64,000 bases of DNA from Amoebophrya sp. A120 (taxonomy: Eukaryota > Protista > Dinoflagellata). Position numbers and translations under genes: made by a program. The stretch lies in NCBI GenBank assembly GCA_905178155.1, contig CAJINV010000005.1, positions 3,585,968 to 3,649,967 on the forward strand, in the 5' to 3' direction. The notes below the pieces were generated by a model, which was given only the letters and a program-made list of their open reading frames with translations, did not search any database and had not been told where the DNA came from. Positions 1-11,832 of this stretch are shown here, in pieces; positions within the stretch are counted from its first letter, which is position 1; every line of letters begins with the position of its first letter.

Positions 1-170
1 AGAAGTTTCTGAGCTTCTAGGTGTTGCCTATTCTGCATGACGCACTGTGTTTCTGCATGACAGAAAAGTGGCGCTCTTGGGTAACGTGCATGACAGATTT
101 AAGAGTCATGCCAGACAAGCATGACAAACATATTACGCTCTTCCAGACCCAGACATCTTTACATTTGATA
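1..170. mobile_element. Introner-like TIR element, partial (right end only)
   Basis: Right terminus ccagacccagacatctttacatttgata, same family as 384-649 and 27668-27929. Several gcatgaca motifs. Confidence 0.8.
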
Positions 171-662
171 CCCCGCTGCAACTGCTGATGTATCGCCGGT
201 GTTCCGGCACCGGAGGTTCCCAGTTGTGCTGAGTTGTCTCTGAAAGGATTTGGCGCCCGGTTGTCGACCGCTGACTCGTAGGCTGTGCTGTTAAAAAGCA
301 TCGACCTTCTAGAATCTGCGGGCAGGTCGAAGTTGTGCCTTCGAAACGCCATTCTTTGCGTGCTCTCGACGTTTGAGAAGATTTATGCATTGCAAAAATG
401 TCTGGGTCTGGATGATTCCGGGATTTGTCATGCACTTTTTCCAAGCTCCCGGAAGTCTGGAATGCGGGGCCTAACATCGCAGGTTCTGCCGCCCCTTCGT
501 GATGCCTATTCTGCATGAGAAATACCCTGTCAGCATGGCCAGAAGGCAGCACCTTTTGCCAGTCATGCAACACAGATCTATGTACGATCCGCAACTCGCA
601 TCACAAGTTCGGATCCTTCCAGACCACCCAGACATTTTTGCATTTGATAAGATTGTAGCCAT
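1..662 (-). CDS. Partial hypothetical protein gene (5' part; continues beyond window start), split by introner elements
   Basis: ATG at 662 (MATI) joins in frame to FSNVESTQRMAFRR...QQLQRG after removing element 384-649 plus one AGATT copy. The next element ends at 170. Confidence 0.6.
384..649. mobile_element. Introner-like TIR element (family A)
   Basis: TIR tatgcattgcaaaaatgtctggg / cccagacatttttgcatttgata. Perfect 5-bp TSD AGATT (379-383, 650-654). Removal restores the frame. Confidence 0.9.
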
Positions 663-953
663 GGAATCCACAGGAAAAAAAAAAACCAAACGCAGCATGA
701 GCATGATTCGCAGTCGCATTTGCAGGCTGTATGACAACCACCACCTATAATTGCATCATTATCGATTCTACGATCAAACATGTTCCACACCTTATTGCGG
801 CTGACATCTTGGGTCTACAACTACACAGAGCGTGGTTTTCATTTTTTCCCAGAACGATAAATGGAGCTCAGCGGCCTGCGTCGCTTATCCAGATACCACT
901 CTTTTCGGTTGATGCGATAGTGGTTTCCTGGGCCGCGCAAAAACGTGCCATCG

Positions 954-3900
954 TCACCAAAATGCAACTCCTGCCTGATGATCTGATGACGCCGCGGCGG
1001 ATGAAGATGAAGATGAAGAACGAGGAAGTTATGGGGTCGTCAACGTTATATTTGCCTCAGACCGTAAAAAAAATTCTGCGCGCATTTTTTCGCGGCGCAA
1101 AGCTAGTAAACCTGTGCACGCTAGTGAGGGGCTGACTTGAACGCGGTTTGTTTTACCTAGCTTGTCAGCAGCAGTGCTCCCTCTAGTAGGTAAGTGAGTA
1201 TTGACGCGAAGGGGGGCGGGGCGCTGGGGGTTCTTCTGTGGCTGATGTTTTCACCTAGAAAACGCCGCGCGCAATATTTTGTTCCGTTTTCCGGATTGCT
1301 CTCTCCGTGCACCTATTTGCCGCTATGGCCTGGGTCAGCGTGTGAGGCTGGAAACGCCCCGCGAGATGTCTACACAGGCCCTGGCCTCGTCGTCTCTAGC
1401 GGGCACTACGCACATATGTTGGCCGCGAAGGCCTTTCCGGAGCCCTTCCAAAAAGGGGGGGCCGGAGGGGTGCCCGGAACCCTAAAAAAAAGCCTATTGC
1501 TTTTTCTTCGAATCACGATGGTGCTACCCCTCCCCAAAAGGGGTCCCGGAACCCCTCTGGGAGCTCTTCCCGGTACACGCGCGCGGGAACCCCTCTGGGG
1601 AACCACTCTGGGAACTCCCCAAAAGCGCGCGCGCCTGCCGGTACACGCGCGCACAGCTGCGCGACATTAGAAACAAGGGGAGGCGCAGCCGCGGCCGGTT
1701 CCGTTTGCGCCCTCGACTCCGACCGACTTGCACAGATTGAGGCCCATTGTCTAGCGGCTGGACTGCAAGAGGACCTGCTGCAGCACCTCCAGGCTGCAGG
1801 GGTGCTCCGAGGCAAGTCCGTGGAGCAGCAGCGCCGGATAGCTCCGTCTTTAGCCACTGAAAAGCGTTGCGAATAAGCTAGCTAGTTCATTAGGTGTGCA
1901 ACATAGTGGGGGGCTATACGTCTGCAACGTGATGGACATCAAATACAAAAAAAGGCGCGCGGAAAATTTTTTACTGCTTGAGGCAAATACAAGTTTGACG
2001 ACGCCATCTCCTGCCTGATGATCTGATGACGCCGCGGCGGATGAAGATGAAGATGAAGAACGAGGATGATCTTCCGGAGATGAAGTAGAACCTCCAAGAC
2101 GAGCTGTGCCTCCTCGACGAGGACCCTGCTGATCATGCTCGTCTTCTACGACCCGTAAAAATTGCAGCTCACGTGCTACTTCAGGCGGCGTCTCGCCCTG
2201 CTGTGTCGCGACGACGCGCAGGGTTTGGTCATCGTCTCTGCTGGGCGGGTTGCTGGTGCTCTCTTCCAACATAGAAGAGAGATCAAAGAACCCTTCGCCG
2301 TTGTGGTGCCCAACATTGTCCAAGTTGACGCGAGAAAAGTCGTGGCTGGCATCACAACATGAATGAGCACCAAAATCCTCGACAATGTCCTCTATGATGT
2401 TCACGACCCCCGCAAAAGGTAAAAGAAGTTCCGTTATGAGTCCGTTGCCTTCGGATTTATCTTTCCGCATCCACCGCTTTTCGGCCCGGTACCTCTTGTC
2501 TCTGTAGAGTCGTAGAATTTCGATCACGTCGAGTTGGGCAAACAGCTTGACCGCCCAACCCCGAACTTCTTGCAGTAGGAGGGTGCCAAAGGATTTCGTC
2601 TTTTGGAAGAAAGACAGGTCGTCCGTGCTGACAGCGAGCTTGGCCTGCTCGAGTTTCTGCTCGGCTGCGGTCAGCTTGCCTAGAAACTGGATGCCCGTAC
2701 GAAGCAACTCGAGCACTAAGTCGTCCGAGAAAAATCGGAGCACGGGCCGCACCAGAGCGGCCAACCGCCCCACCACCGGAAACAGGTGGAGCGCCGCGTC
2801 CGCAAACCACTGCCAGAAGACCAGAAACTGGTCCGTCAATCCGCGGATGATGATCCCGCCAACTTCCTCGGCCAAGGCCTCAATTTCGTCCTCAGCGGCC
2901 GCAAGCATTTTGTGTCCCTTGGCCTCCGCTGTCAACGGCTGCCAGTGCGCCTCGTCCCACGTGGTCATCAGGCGCTGCATCTCCGCCCCCGGGATAGGAG
3001 GCTTCCCCACCAGCTTGTGCAGCAGAAACGACAACTCGTTCTGGTGCACGACGTCGGCAACCATGTCCTGAAAGTACCCCAGCAAGCTGAAACCGACGGT
3101 ATCGAGCCACTTCGGGAGAAAATCGTGGACCAGACGGCGCGGCAGCGGCTCGAGCACCAGCGCGGCAATCTGCCCGACCACGTAGCGGTCGATCAGCTTC
3201 TGCATGGTTGACATCTTTGCCGGAAAGCTGGTCCGAATTTGGTCAACCACCACCATGCACACGTCGAGGAAAAAGCTCAACACCGCCTCCTTGCACGACT
3301 GCCAAATGGTGGACAAATACCTCGACACGAGGGTATCCCCGATCCAGATGATCATCAGTTTCTTGGAAACCTCGAACAGTTTCCCCACGTTGTCCCAAGT
3401 TTTTTTTCGTTCCTCCAGGTGCTTGTCGTGTTCAGGCTTGTGCGCGATAGTCCTCACCTTTTTCCCGTTGAGGGTGAGGCGCAGATCCGCATCGATTTTC
3501 AGGCGTGAAGAAGATTTTTCATGATCGGCATCGTCCAGCATCCGTGTGGGACTCCGACCGACTCGGTCGTTGAAGCGGGCGGGTGTGGACACGCGTTTCA
3601 TCAGCTGCTCCCCTGCGGTCGGGGCCGCATCATCACCATCATAATCTACGCCAGAGGGCCACTCACATGCTTCGCCGTGCTTGTCGTTGGTTTTTGCCGC
3701 GTGTTTCTGTTTCTTGTGCTTCTCTTCGTGATCATGTGGATGCTGTTTTTGATTCGTCTCGTCCTTGGCCTTCCGCCGAAGAAGTTCCGCCTTTTGCCAA
3801 AGTTTCCAACCCCGCGCTTCCTCTTTTTCCTTCTTTTCACGCTTCACTGCTGCGTTGTGTCTGTCCTGCATCATCTTCTTCAGAATTTGGTGGTAGCGAG

Positions 3901-6900
3901 CAGGACTAGTTTTTTTTCGGTTCTTTACGTTTCTCATCAGGTCTTTTCCTTTTTGCGCCAATCTTTCCGCGCGCGATGGTTTTTTGTCCTCCCTGCTCAT
4001 ATTTTTTTTCTCAGCCGAGTGGTCGTCGTCTCCTTTGGAGGTCTGATGATCGTTTGAAGGGTGCTTTTCAGGATGATGCTTCTGAAGATCTTCGAAGTTA
4101 GGATGTTTTTGGTCATGGGGATGATGATCATCATCATGATGACCATCAACCTCAAGAGGGGGTGATGATTTTTCATGTCCTCCATCATGATGAGCGGGTT
4201 GATGATGATGCTTGTGTTGCTGCTGTAGAGCATGTGCATGTCGCTGGGTTCTGGAGACTTCCAGCAGTGTTTTGTCGGTCGCGTCGTGGATCGCGTTGGA
4301 CGGCGCAGCCTCTGGCAGCTGCTCTGGCGCGACCTGTGCCATGCAAAAGTATCGGAATCGGAATAGTAGTACAATGTGCATGTTGATGACAAATGATCGT
4401 CGGAAGAACAAAAACGCAACTTTGCATCATGCCAGTTAAGGTACTAGAAAGCTCGGCTCGTCGTGGTCATGCATGTTGACTGCAACTACTACAAGTACGA
4501 TGCTTGTTGTTTTCCAGATGATACGGCCTCTTCATCCACAACTAGAGTAGCAGCTTGTTGCACCCCTGGCCGCGCAGCCCCCGGACCATGATCTTGCACT
4601 TCTGCCACTGCCACTGCGCCTTCATCTGGTTGGGCATAATTTTCCACGCCTGTAGAGGACATCGCGCCGCTCCCGGTGGCTCTCGTAGACGTAGTCACTC
4701 CAGATCTACTTCTAGAAGTTGCTTCTGTATCATGGTTGTTGCGACCCGGACTCTCCACCTCGCCGTTCTCGTCATCCTCAAGGACTTTTGTCGTCGCCGC
4801 TGAAGAAGAGGACGGAGATGTTCTTCTTGCCCGTGCGAGGACCTTCTCCACAGCAATAGAAGTAGAACAACCATCGGCCGCCCCGAGATTAGCATCCTCT
4901 ACCTTTTCGGAGTTGTCGGACGAAGAGTCTACTTCTTCAGCATCCTCACTGGAGTTGTAGTCGGGCGAAGAATCTACTTCGTCGCGCGACCATTCAGGCT
5001 TTCGCACTACACTGTAATCTTCGCGGTTGACCCCGACTGAGTCGAACTTTTTCGGGTCCAGCTTATCCCTCAACCAGGGCCACAGTTCGTAGCCATAAAC
5101 CATCTGTTTGTTCGCATTCTGTCCGTAGTCGTGCGACACTTTGTACGCGGTTCCCGGTGCCACGTGTGGTCGATCTTCGCTCGTTGACGTTGTTGAACCC
5201 ACAAGGCTCTCAGTGTCGTCGTCGTCCTCCTCCTCGTCGTTGATGTCATCTTCTACTTCAGAGTTCGACGAAAGGTGAAGGTCCTCATCTAGTACTCTCG
5301 CATGCTGTTCTTGTTGTTGTTCTTGTCGTTCTTGTAGAGGACCTGATGCACCACCTCCACTCCTCAACGTGGTCTTCACTCGAAGCTTTTCTAGCATGCT
5401 GCTCACGTCGATCGCCTGCACCTCCGTAGCGTGGCCGATCACCTCTATACCAACGCGGTTCCGAAGGTCTTGGAGCAGCTCTCCCTGGACCGCTCGGGTC
5501 GCGGCGCGCTCGCCTTGCAGCAGTTTCCGTTTCGTCGCGTGACCCATGTAGTCGTGCACGTCCTCCACCTCCTCGTTTCTCCCGAACTGCGAAAAAAAAT
5601 TGGCGGAGGACGACGCCCCTTCTTGTTCTTCTTGTTCCGTGCAGTCTTCAGTGTAGTCTAGTGCTGTTGATGATGCTCTAGTACTTCCCTTCTCGCACAA
5701 CTTGTCTAGCTTTTTCTCTTCCTTCGCCAGCTGCAGGCCAAGCTTGTGTAGCGCCTCTTCGTCGTCGTTGTCGTCCCGCCCGAAGATGGTATCTCGAACC
5801 GATTCCGTTAGCACGTCCAAAACCTGTGTGTCCATGAACTCCTCCATGATTTCGTGCAGCTGTTCGCCTTTCTCGAAAACTTCCACAAAAATGGTCTCTA
5901 AGTTCTGGACCACAAGCGCCAGCTCCTTGTTGTTTTTATCATCCAGGGCCTTGCCAAGCAGTTCCTTCGCGCCGAGTTGGAGCAGATCGGAGAAAAACTT
6001 CGCTGCTGACGCGGAGACGCCTGTTTTGAAGTGCAGCACCGTCTCGTGTCCGGTGATGAGGCGGATCGCTTGTTTGCAACGTCCATCACCCCATACAGGC
6101 TGTGGGAGAGTTTGTCTTTCAGTGTGTGCTTGATGTAGTGCCACATGTCAGTGAAGGATGTTTTTGTCGTCCACGAAAACGTGTCGCCAAACCATTTTTT
6201 TGCATCCTGCGAGATGTGGCCCGTGGCGTGGACGGGCGCTTTGACGGTCTCAGGCGGGGAAAGCTTTGGCCCAACAAGAAGTCGATGGTAGAATTTTTGG
6301 TGCTGGAGCTGCAAGTCCAGTAGGGACGAAGACGAGGCCGATGATGTCGTCAGCATTCTTGTCGAATTGTCAACCAAAGTCGCAAGAAACGAAGCGGGGG
6401 AGTTCGAGTTGTAAGTGGTCTCACGTAGTGGTAGATCTTCCATGCTGCTCGTTATCGCATGTCGCCGCGGAACCAAATCAAAATGAGTCACTTTCTTTTG
6501 ATGTCCCGTAGAGTGTTGCTCTAGCATCTTCATCACCGCACTAGAAGGCGAGGGTCCTTCAATAGTGTGGCTAAAAACTACGTCATCTACTCTACTACTT
6601 TCATCAGCGTTGACAGACGTAGACGATGAAGCTGCTATGCTTGTAGCCCTTGCGCCCGACGAGGAGGACTTGTTTTCCTCTAGCTCGTGTGTATTTTTAA
6701 GGTAAACTGTTGCTGTCGCTGTGGTTGTAGTTCCTCCATTGCTACCTGATCTTGACGGGTCGCTGTGGTTGCTGTTGCTCTCCTCCAGCATCGTGGTCCC
6801 CAGAGAAACTTCTTGCGCACCATCGTGTCCAAGAACTACCGAAGCCGCTGATAGACGCCACGTTTGCTCGTCGCTGGCTGCTGCTTGTGTATGATGTTCA

Positions 6901-7232
6901 TTTTGCAGCTGTAGCTGTAGGTGAGGCTGCTGGGGCTGCTCCTGTGAACCGACATGCTGCTGCTCAACATCGTTAATGCCCAGGCCGTCATCGGTAGCAG
7001 AGACGTTGTGGCTGCCAGAAAAGTCATGATTTCCATGTCGACGTCCAATTGCAGCAGAGATGGCAGGGGAGGATGTAGTTTTTAGGGCGAAATAAAAATG
7101 AAGAAGCCGGTGAGGTGACGCCGCTTGCCCACGACCTGCGACGAAAAGAAGAACAGACCCGGTCAGCGACCACTTCCAAAGCGAAGTACTTCTGGTCCTT
7201 CTGCTCATCTTGTTGGAACCGTATTGCGACAT
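954..7232 (-). CDS. Large putative secreted low-complexity protein (His/Lys/Asp/Ser-rich), multi-exon, with an apparent frameshift near 6070
   Basis: ORFs 5898-7232 (hydrophobic N-terminus WSLTGSVLLFVAGRGQA), 4489-6144 and 1850-4411. The last two join in frame across element 4335-4523 (EEA|APEQL). The 3' end is uncertain because of element 1030-2008. Confidence 0.6.
969..2066. repeat. 58-bp direct repeat pair (969-1026 and 2009-2066) flanking the large TIR element
   Basis: tcctgcctgatgatctgatgacgccgcggcggatgaagatgaagatgaagaacgagga is identical at both positions. Confidence 0.9.
1030..2008. mobile_element. Large (979 bp) non-autonomous TIR element with about 60-bp imperfect TIRs and GC-rich internal repeats
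   Basis: Left end tatggggtcgtcaacgttatatttgcctcagaccgtaaaaaaaattctgcgcgc versus reverse complement of right end gatggcgtcgtcaaacttgtatttgcctcaagcagtaaaaaattttccgcgcgc. Internal ggaacccctctggg and ccggtacacgcgcgc repeats at about 1470-1655. Confidence 0.75.
4335..4523. mobile_element. Introner-like TIR element (older; GT-AG splicing also possible)
   Basis: Left end tgtgccatgcaaaagtatcg, right end ...cagatgata. TSD CGACC/CGGCC. In-frame join of ORFs 4489-6144 and 1850-4411. Confidence 0.75.
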
Positions 7233-8632
7233 GCGCCTGGAGCGGCGCTACCAGTGAGGACGCAGGCCACTGCGAGGAGCGGCTGATGGTGCGTGGAAGT
7301 CGTAGTAGCGGTGCCCCATACGTCGACTCGTCGCGGGCGAGAAGTCTGTACTTATGCTTGGTTGTTTCGTAAATAAATTTTCGGTGTGCACACGCACAGG
7401 AAGGCCGAGTAGCGTGATCCCGAAAGTAAATGAAACTATCTCTCTAGCACGAGTGGCATCTTCTACATATTAAGTTCCTGGTCTACGAACGAATTTTTTT
7501 TCCCGAAAACGTCTAGAGGACAAAAACCGCTCTTGATGTCCCGCCCAGGACATCATTGAAAAGCAGACCCCCGTTTTCGTTTGCAACAGAAAATGCGACT
7601 AAATGAGGCATGTTATTTATCAACCTGCTATCCCCTTCTTTTTGTTTTACTTTCAGCTCTTTGAGCGAATACAACGATATTTTCGTACGCTGTCCGACGT
7701 GCAGCCTGCAGCTGCCGGCCCACCCCCTTTTTCCTTGATGTGGCATTTTTTGCGAGCTGCACGACAAGTTGGGAGAGCCTTCTTTTCATTCCCGTTGTAC
7801 TAGTATAGTCCGACCAGCAACGAGAACGAATATGACCCTGTGGGTCGTTGGAGAAATACGATTACGAATAGGCATCAGAAGCGGGACGAGGCCTGAGTAC
7901 CAGAACCTGCCTCGACGAGCAGTAGCAAATGCGACCTGGAACAAGCATAATTGCGGTGATGATCTTCATCGCTACGATGTAAAAAGCCCCTGCAATCAAT
8001 GAGTAAACAGAAAAGTAGTAGTATCTATCCGACGCACGAAAGCTGCCATGTACAACGTCGATTGATTACCGACCAGCGTCGACGATTTTGATTATACGAG
8101 TAGAATATCCTATCGTCTTCGACGGGCATACTTATCAATATGATCTTCTCGACCGAGAACGGATGAGCGGACACACCACGAAGACCCAAGACCACGGATG
8201 GAGATAGAAGTTCCTTGTCCAGCACATGGGACGAAGCACTTACAGAAATCAGCATGTTGGTACGTCCTGCAACAGAAAATCGAGACCGATCATAGCATAA
8301 GTCCTTGTCGAGTTTCAAGTTCGACGCACTGGTGCGTTTTTTTTTTAGTTTTGCATTTGCACTGTTAAGCAAGTCACGCGTATAAATTCTGATTTTTATT
8401 GTTTGGGTGCGCTTCAGTCCTGATAGATTTGCTGCGAAGGAATGGTAAGGTTTTGATACTTTTTTTTTCTGAGCCAGTGGCAGTACCAGTGTTGCTTTTG
8501 AATTTGTTGATGTCCATTTGAGAATTCACACATGGATATGCCTATGGAGGTGCTGCACCCTGACCATACGGCAAATTCAACCACTGGTGGCTGCCGGCAC
8601 TGCCACTGCTACTGTTTCCTTCAGTAGCACCA

Positions 8633-8757
8633 TTTCGTTTCGTTCCTTCCATGTGGTATCCCTAAACCCGAGCGGCCCGTTGGACCGCGCCGTTGGGGCT
8701 GGGTAAAGCGTCCTGGGCCTACCTCCCAAAACCGAGGCCCAGCACGCCTCACCACCA
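8633..8757 (-). repeat. Split direct repeat B2 (125 bp)
   Basis: Identical to 9004-9128. Confidence 0.95.
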
Positions 8758-8812
8758 AACGTCTGTCCGGACGAACCGGCACGACGTATACGGCCACTCG
8801 GGTGGGGGGGTG

Positions 8813-9003
8813 GGGCAAAAATTCACCTAAACCTACGTCCCCCAGACGCACATATCGATGACTCTACATCGCTCCTCCCCACTCTAGGGGAGGAGATCGC
8901 AAACGTGCAATAGCTTCTACGGATCTGCCAGCCGATATAGTGCGAACGGGGGACCCCAAATCCCAGTTACTACACGAAAAGGATCTACCGAGGTAGATAT
9001 GTC
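8813..9003 (-). repeat. Split direct repeat A2 (191 bp)
   Basis: Identical to 15774-15964. Contains hairpins ctcctcccc/ggggaggag and atctac-cgag-gtagat. Confidence 0.95.
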
Positions 9004-9128
9004 TTTCGTTTCGTTCCTTCCATGTGGTATCCCTAAACCCGAGCGGCCCGTTGGACCGCGCCGTTGGGGCTGGGTAAAGCGTCCTGGGCCTACCTCCCAA
9101 AACCGAGGCCCAGCACGCCTCACCACCA
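9004..9128 (-). repeat. Split direct repeat B1 (125 bp), abutting A2
   Basis: Identical to 8633-8757. The B1|A2 junction reproduces a circular-junction-like join of the element ends. Confidence 0.95.
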
Positions 9129-9501
9129 CCTTGCCAAACAGGGCAAGACCCCTCAGAACCCCACAGCAGGTGGTTGAATGAGGGGAGACCCAGCCCCGCC
9201 CCAATTGCCCTCGGCAAGGCCCTACGCCGAAGTGGAACAAACGAAATCCCAAAGCGAGGGACAAGTAGACACGGGAAGAAACCCAAACAAAACCGCCAGT
9301 GGTAGAAGTGGGAACACTGTTTTCTGAGTGGGATCACATGACAAGCCTGGGCCCGCGAAGCAGTAAATCGCATACCCAAAGGTGGAAAATGTATTTGAAG
9401 AAGAGACGTCATACCGTCCAGAAACATCTGCACACTGAGTCCACAGGCGGATCTCAAAACAAAAGGGTACAGGGCAAGCGCAAAAAACATCGCGGAGTGG
9501 C

Positions 9502-11832
9502 TCAAACTTGAGCCAGCAACTCCTCAGCCGGAATAGAATCCAGCAGCTCACAAGGATCTTCAAGCGGGGTCGCCACCGTGGTCAGGAACCTCTGAATCTC
9601 ATCCCCCAAAGCGACACAGGAATGAAGCTGCACCCTAGCCACCCGACAGAACTGCGCCCAAAGTGCATCGCGGGTAGTCGCGTCAGCAACATTTTCCCCG
9701 GAGGGGAGCCACTCGAAGTACGGCACTATGGCAAAACGGGCACACAAACTCCAAAATAAAGCCGCTACCACCGACAGGTGAGCGCGCTCGCCCGATCGAC
9801 TCCGCAAAACCCCCACCGCAGTGGTGTTGTCCAGAAAGAATACGACCCGCTTGTGCGACAAGGTCGGGCCCCAGAGCATCAACAGAATGACCGGTGTAAA
9901 ACTCTCCAACACGTTGATCGGGAAAGACCCCCAAGAGGCGGATGGAAAATTATCCGCCCGCGAGACCGGGTGGCGGAACGCCTGGAAGGCACCCTCCTGC
10001 AGAAGACGGACCCCGCCGAGAATACCTCGCCCCCGCTTCCAACTCGCGTCCGAGTAGCACACCTCCACCGGGAGGCCCACTCGTAAGAAGGAAATCGGAG
10101 GAAGGACCGGGAGGCAGGCCGCCATGAAGCGTAAGCTCGCCGCACAACCGGAACCCAAGGGAAGGCAGGTGGCGCGAGAATGAAACAAACCTCCACGCCG
10201 AAAGACCGGCTTCAGCAAGCCATTTAGACGCCGGCCCACCAGCAGTGAGAAGGGGAAAAGGAACTTCCCGGAAAGGGTGGAAGCCCGCGCGGGACTGAGC
10301 TCCCCCGCCCCCAAGACTTCAACCAGGGCCGCCCGAAGGGTGGCGCGCTTCACTTCCGACAACTGCATCGTGGGAGGCGATTGCGACACGTCAAAATCCA
10401 AGCCCAAAACCCGCAAAGCGGTGCGCCCCCACTTGACCTTCTTCGGCTTCCAAGGAAAACCCAAAACCTCCAACATGTACACAATGGCGCGCATCAGGAG
10501 ACGGCGAACCCTGCGGGGCGCCGTGCCGGTCATATCATCTATATAGATGATCAAGGCCACGCAGAAAAGCCACCGAACGCAGAAGGCCAGAAACTGCCCA
10601 ACAATCAACCACTCCGTAACGGAGTGAATGTTCCCAAACAGGAGCGTGAGGCCGCGGAAGGCTTTGTAGGCCTTCGCCTTGGGGTCGAAAACCCCGATCC
10701 AGTTCGTCGCGCTCCCCGCCTTCGAAATGCTTACATTCTTGTAAGCGTTGGCAATGTCGATAACCCACTGGCAGAGCCCCGCACCCTCAGGGTCCGCACC
10801 ATCCTCCGCTGCGTCGAAGTTCGGTATGTGGTCCAAAGCCGCCCAAGCAACCTCCCGCCAGCCCGGGTCGGACGGGCGGGCATCCGGGAAAGGATCAAAA
10901 TCATACTCTTCACAGGCCAGGGGGTCTGCCCGGTTGCCCCCTTGGTCAAACACCCGCAAATCCCGCCAGAAGTCAACCCGCGGCGGGCCGCCTTCTTCTA
11001 GTAAAATCGCCGAGCTCGAAGCAAGGGCGAGAGCATGATGAACCGACGGAATCGGCATCGACGACGAGATGTCGGAGCAAACATTCAAAGGCACACCATT
11101 GTCGCAGAGGCGGATCTTGTCCGCCTCATGGTGTGCAAAACGAGTCAGAAGGATGCGCGCCCCCTTTTCCCAAGCTTCGTCCAGGGTAAAAGGACCCTGG
11201 AGCCAGCCGTCCTCGGTTTCTTGGATTGTAGTATCCCAGCAGTGCTTGACATCTTCACCCGGCATCCACGATGAGCTGCGCTGCCGCAGGCGCGAAATAT
11301 TTTCCGCACCCTCAACCGAGGCTGCTAGGTCCCCCGAACCGGAGCCGGTAGTTGGGGCCGGGGGCAAACGTCCACCCTCCGACGCCTTCATGAGTTTCGA
11401 CGGCCAAAAGTCTTGAGCCGCAGTGGGGCCGACCGATTCCCCCCCGGAAGCTAAAACCCGCCATACATGCGAGAAACCCGAAAAAGCAGACTCTCTGCCA
11501 ATCTTCTCAATAACCCCGAAGTTGAACTTCGACCGGATTGGCCTGGTATCCTTCCAACCACCTGCCAAGACCTGCTCCGAGCGAGAGACGGTCGCTGGGT
11601 CCGCCCGGGCACAGGCCAGCCAGTAAACGCCCGCCAGAATCCGGTCCGAGAAATCCCCAAAGGACGAGCTGTGGCCTTCGCGCAGGCACTGTTCGTTGTG
11701 CCGCGAGATCAGTCGCCGACCCGAAAAGGCCGGGTGGCTCCTGTCCTGCGACAAACCTGGTAGAAACCTGTCCCGGTCCCGCTGGACCCGAGAGAGAAAG
11801 GCAGAAACCTTGTCAGCCGGCGAGGACTCCAT
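9502..11832 (-). CDS. Reverse transcriptase / RNase H (DIRS-type)
   Basis: RT motifs KIRLCDN, DIANAY, LLFG, YIDD, VLG. RNase H motifs YSDAS, INVLE, LDN, WLPSGENVAD. Confidence 0.93.
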   Translation of the reverse strand: MESSPADKVSAFLSRVQRDRDRFLPGLSQDRSHPAFSGRRLISRHNEQCLREGHSSSFGDFSDRILAGVYWLACARADPATVSRSEQVLAGGWKDTRPIRSKFNFGVIEKIGRESAFSGFSHVWRVLASGGESVGPTAAQDFWPSKLMKASEGGRLPPAPTTGSGSGDLAASVEGAENISRLRQRSSSWMPGEDVKHCWDTTIQETEDGWLQGPFTLDEAWEKGARILLTRFAHHEADKIRLCDNGVPLNVCSDISSSMPIPSVHHALALASSSAILLEEGGPPRVDFWRDLRVFDQGGNRADPLACEEYDFDPFPDARPSDPGWREVAWAALDHIPNFDAAEDGADPEGAGLCQWVIDIANAYKNVSISKAGSATNWIGVFDPKAKAYKAFRGLTLLFGNIHSVTEWLIVGQFLAFCVRWLFCVALIIYIDDMTGTAPRRVRRLLMRAIVYMLEVLGFPWKPKKVKWGRTALRVLGLDFDVSQSPPTMQLSEVKRATLRAALVEVLGAGELSPARASTLSGKFLFPFSLLVGRRLNGLLKPVFRRGGLFHSRATCLPLGSGCAASLRFMAACLPVLPPISFLRVGLPVEVCYSDASWKRGRGILGGVRLLQEGAFQAFRHPVSRADNFPSASWGSFPINVLESFTPVILLMLWGPTLSHKRVVFFLDNTTAVGVLRSRSGERAHLSVVAALFWSLCARFAIVPYFEWLPSGENVADATTRDALWAQFCRVARVQLHSCVALGDEIQRFLTTVATPLEDPCELLDSIPAEELLAQV

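Noticed and set aside
1194-1857. ORFs inside the 979-bp element as a transposase
   Set aside because: Short, derived from GC-rich repeats, and no DDE pattern.
7400-8500. Possible gene or introner (ORF 8025-8372, gcacgacaag motif)
   Set aside because: Could not define paired termini, a TSD or a consistent reading frame.
8864-9505. 213-aa ORF after RT as a fourth gene (e.g. methyltransferase or hydrolase)
   Set aside because: No motif, a non-ATG start, and it runs through the terminal repeats.
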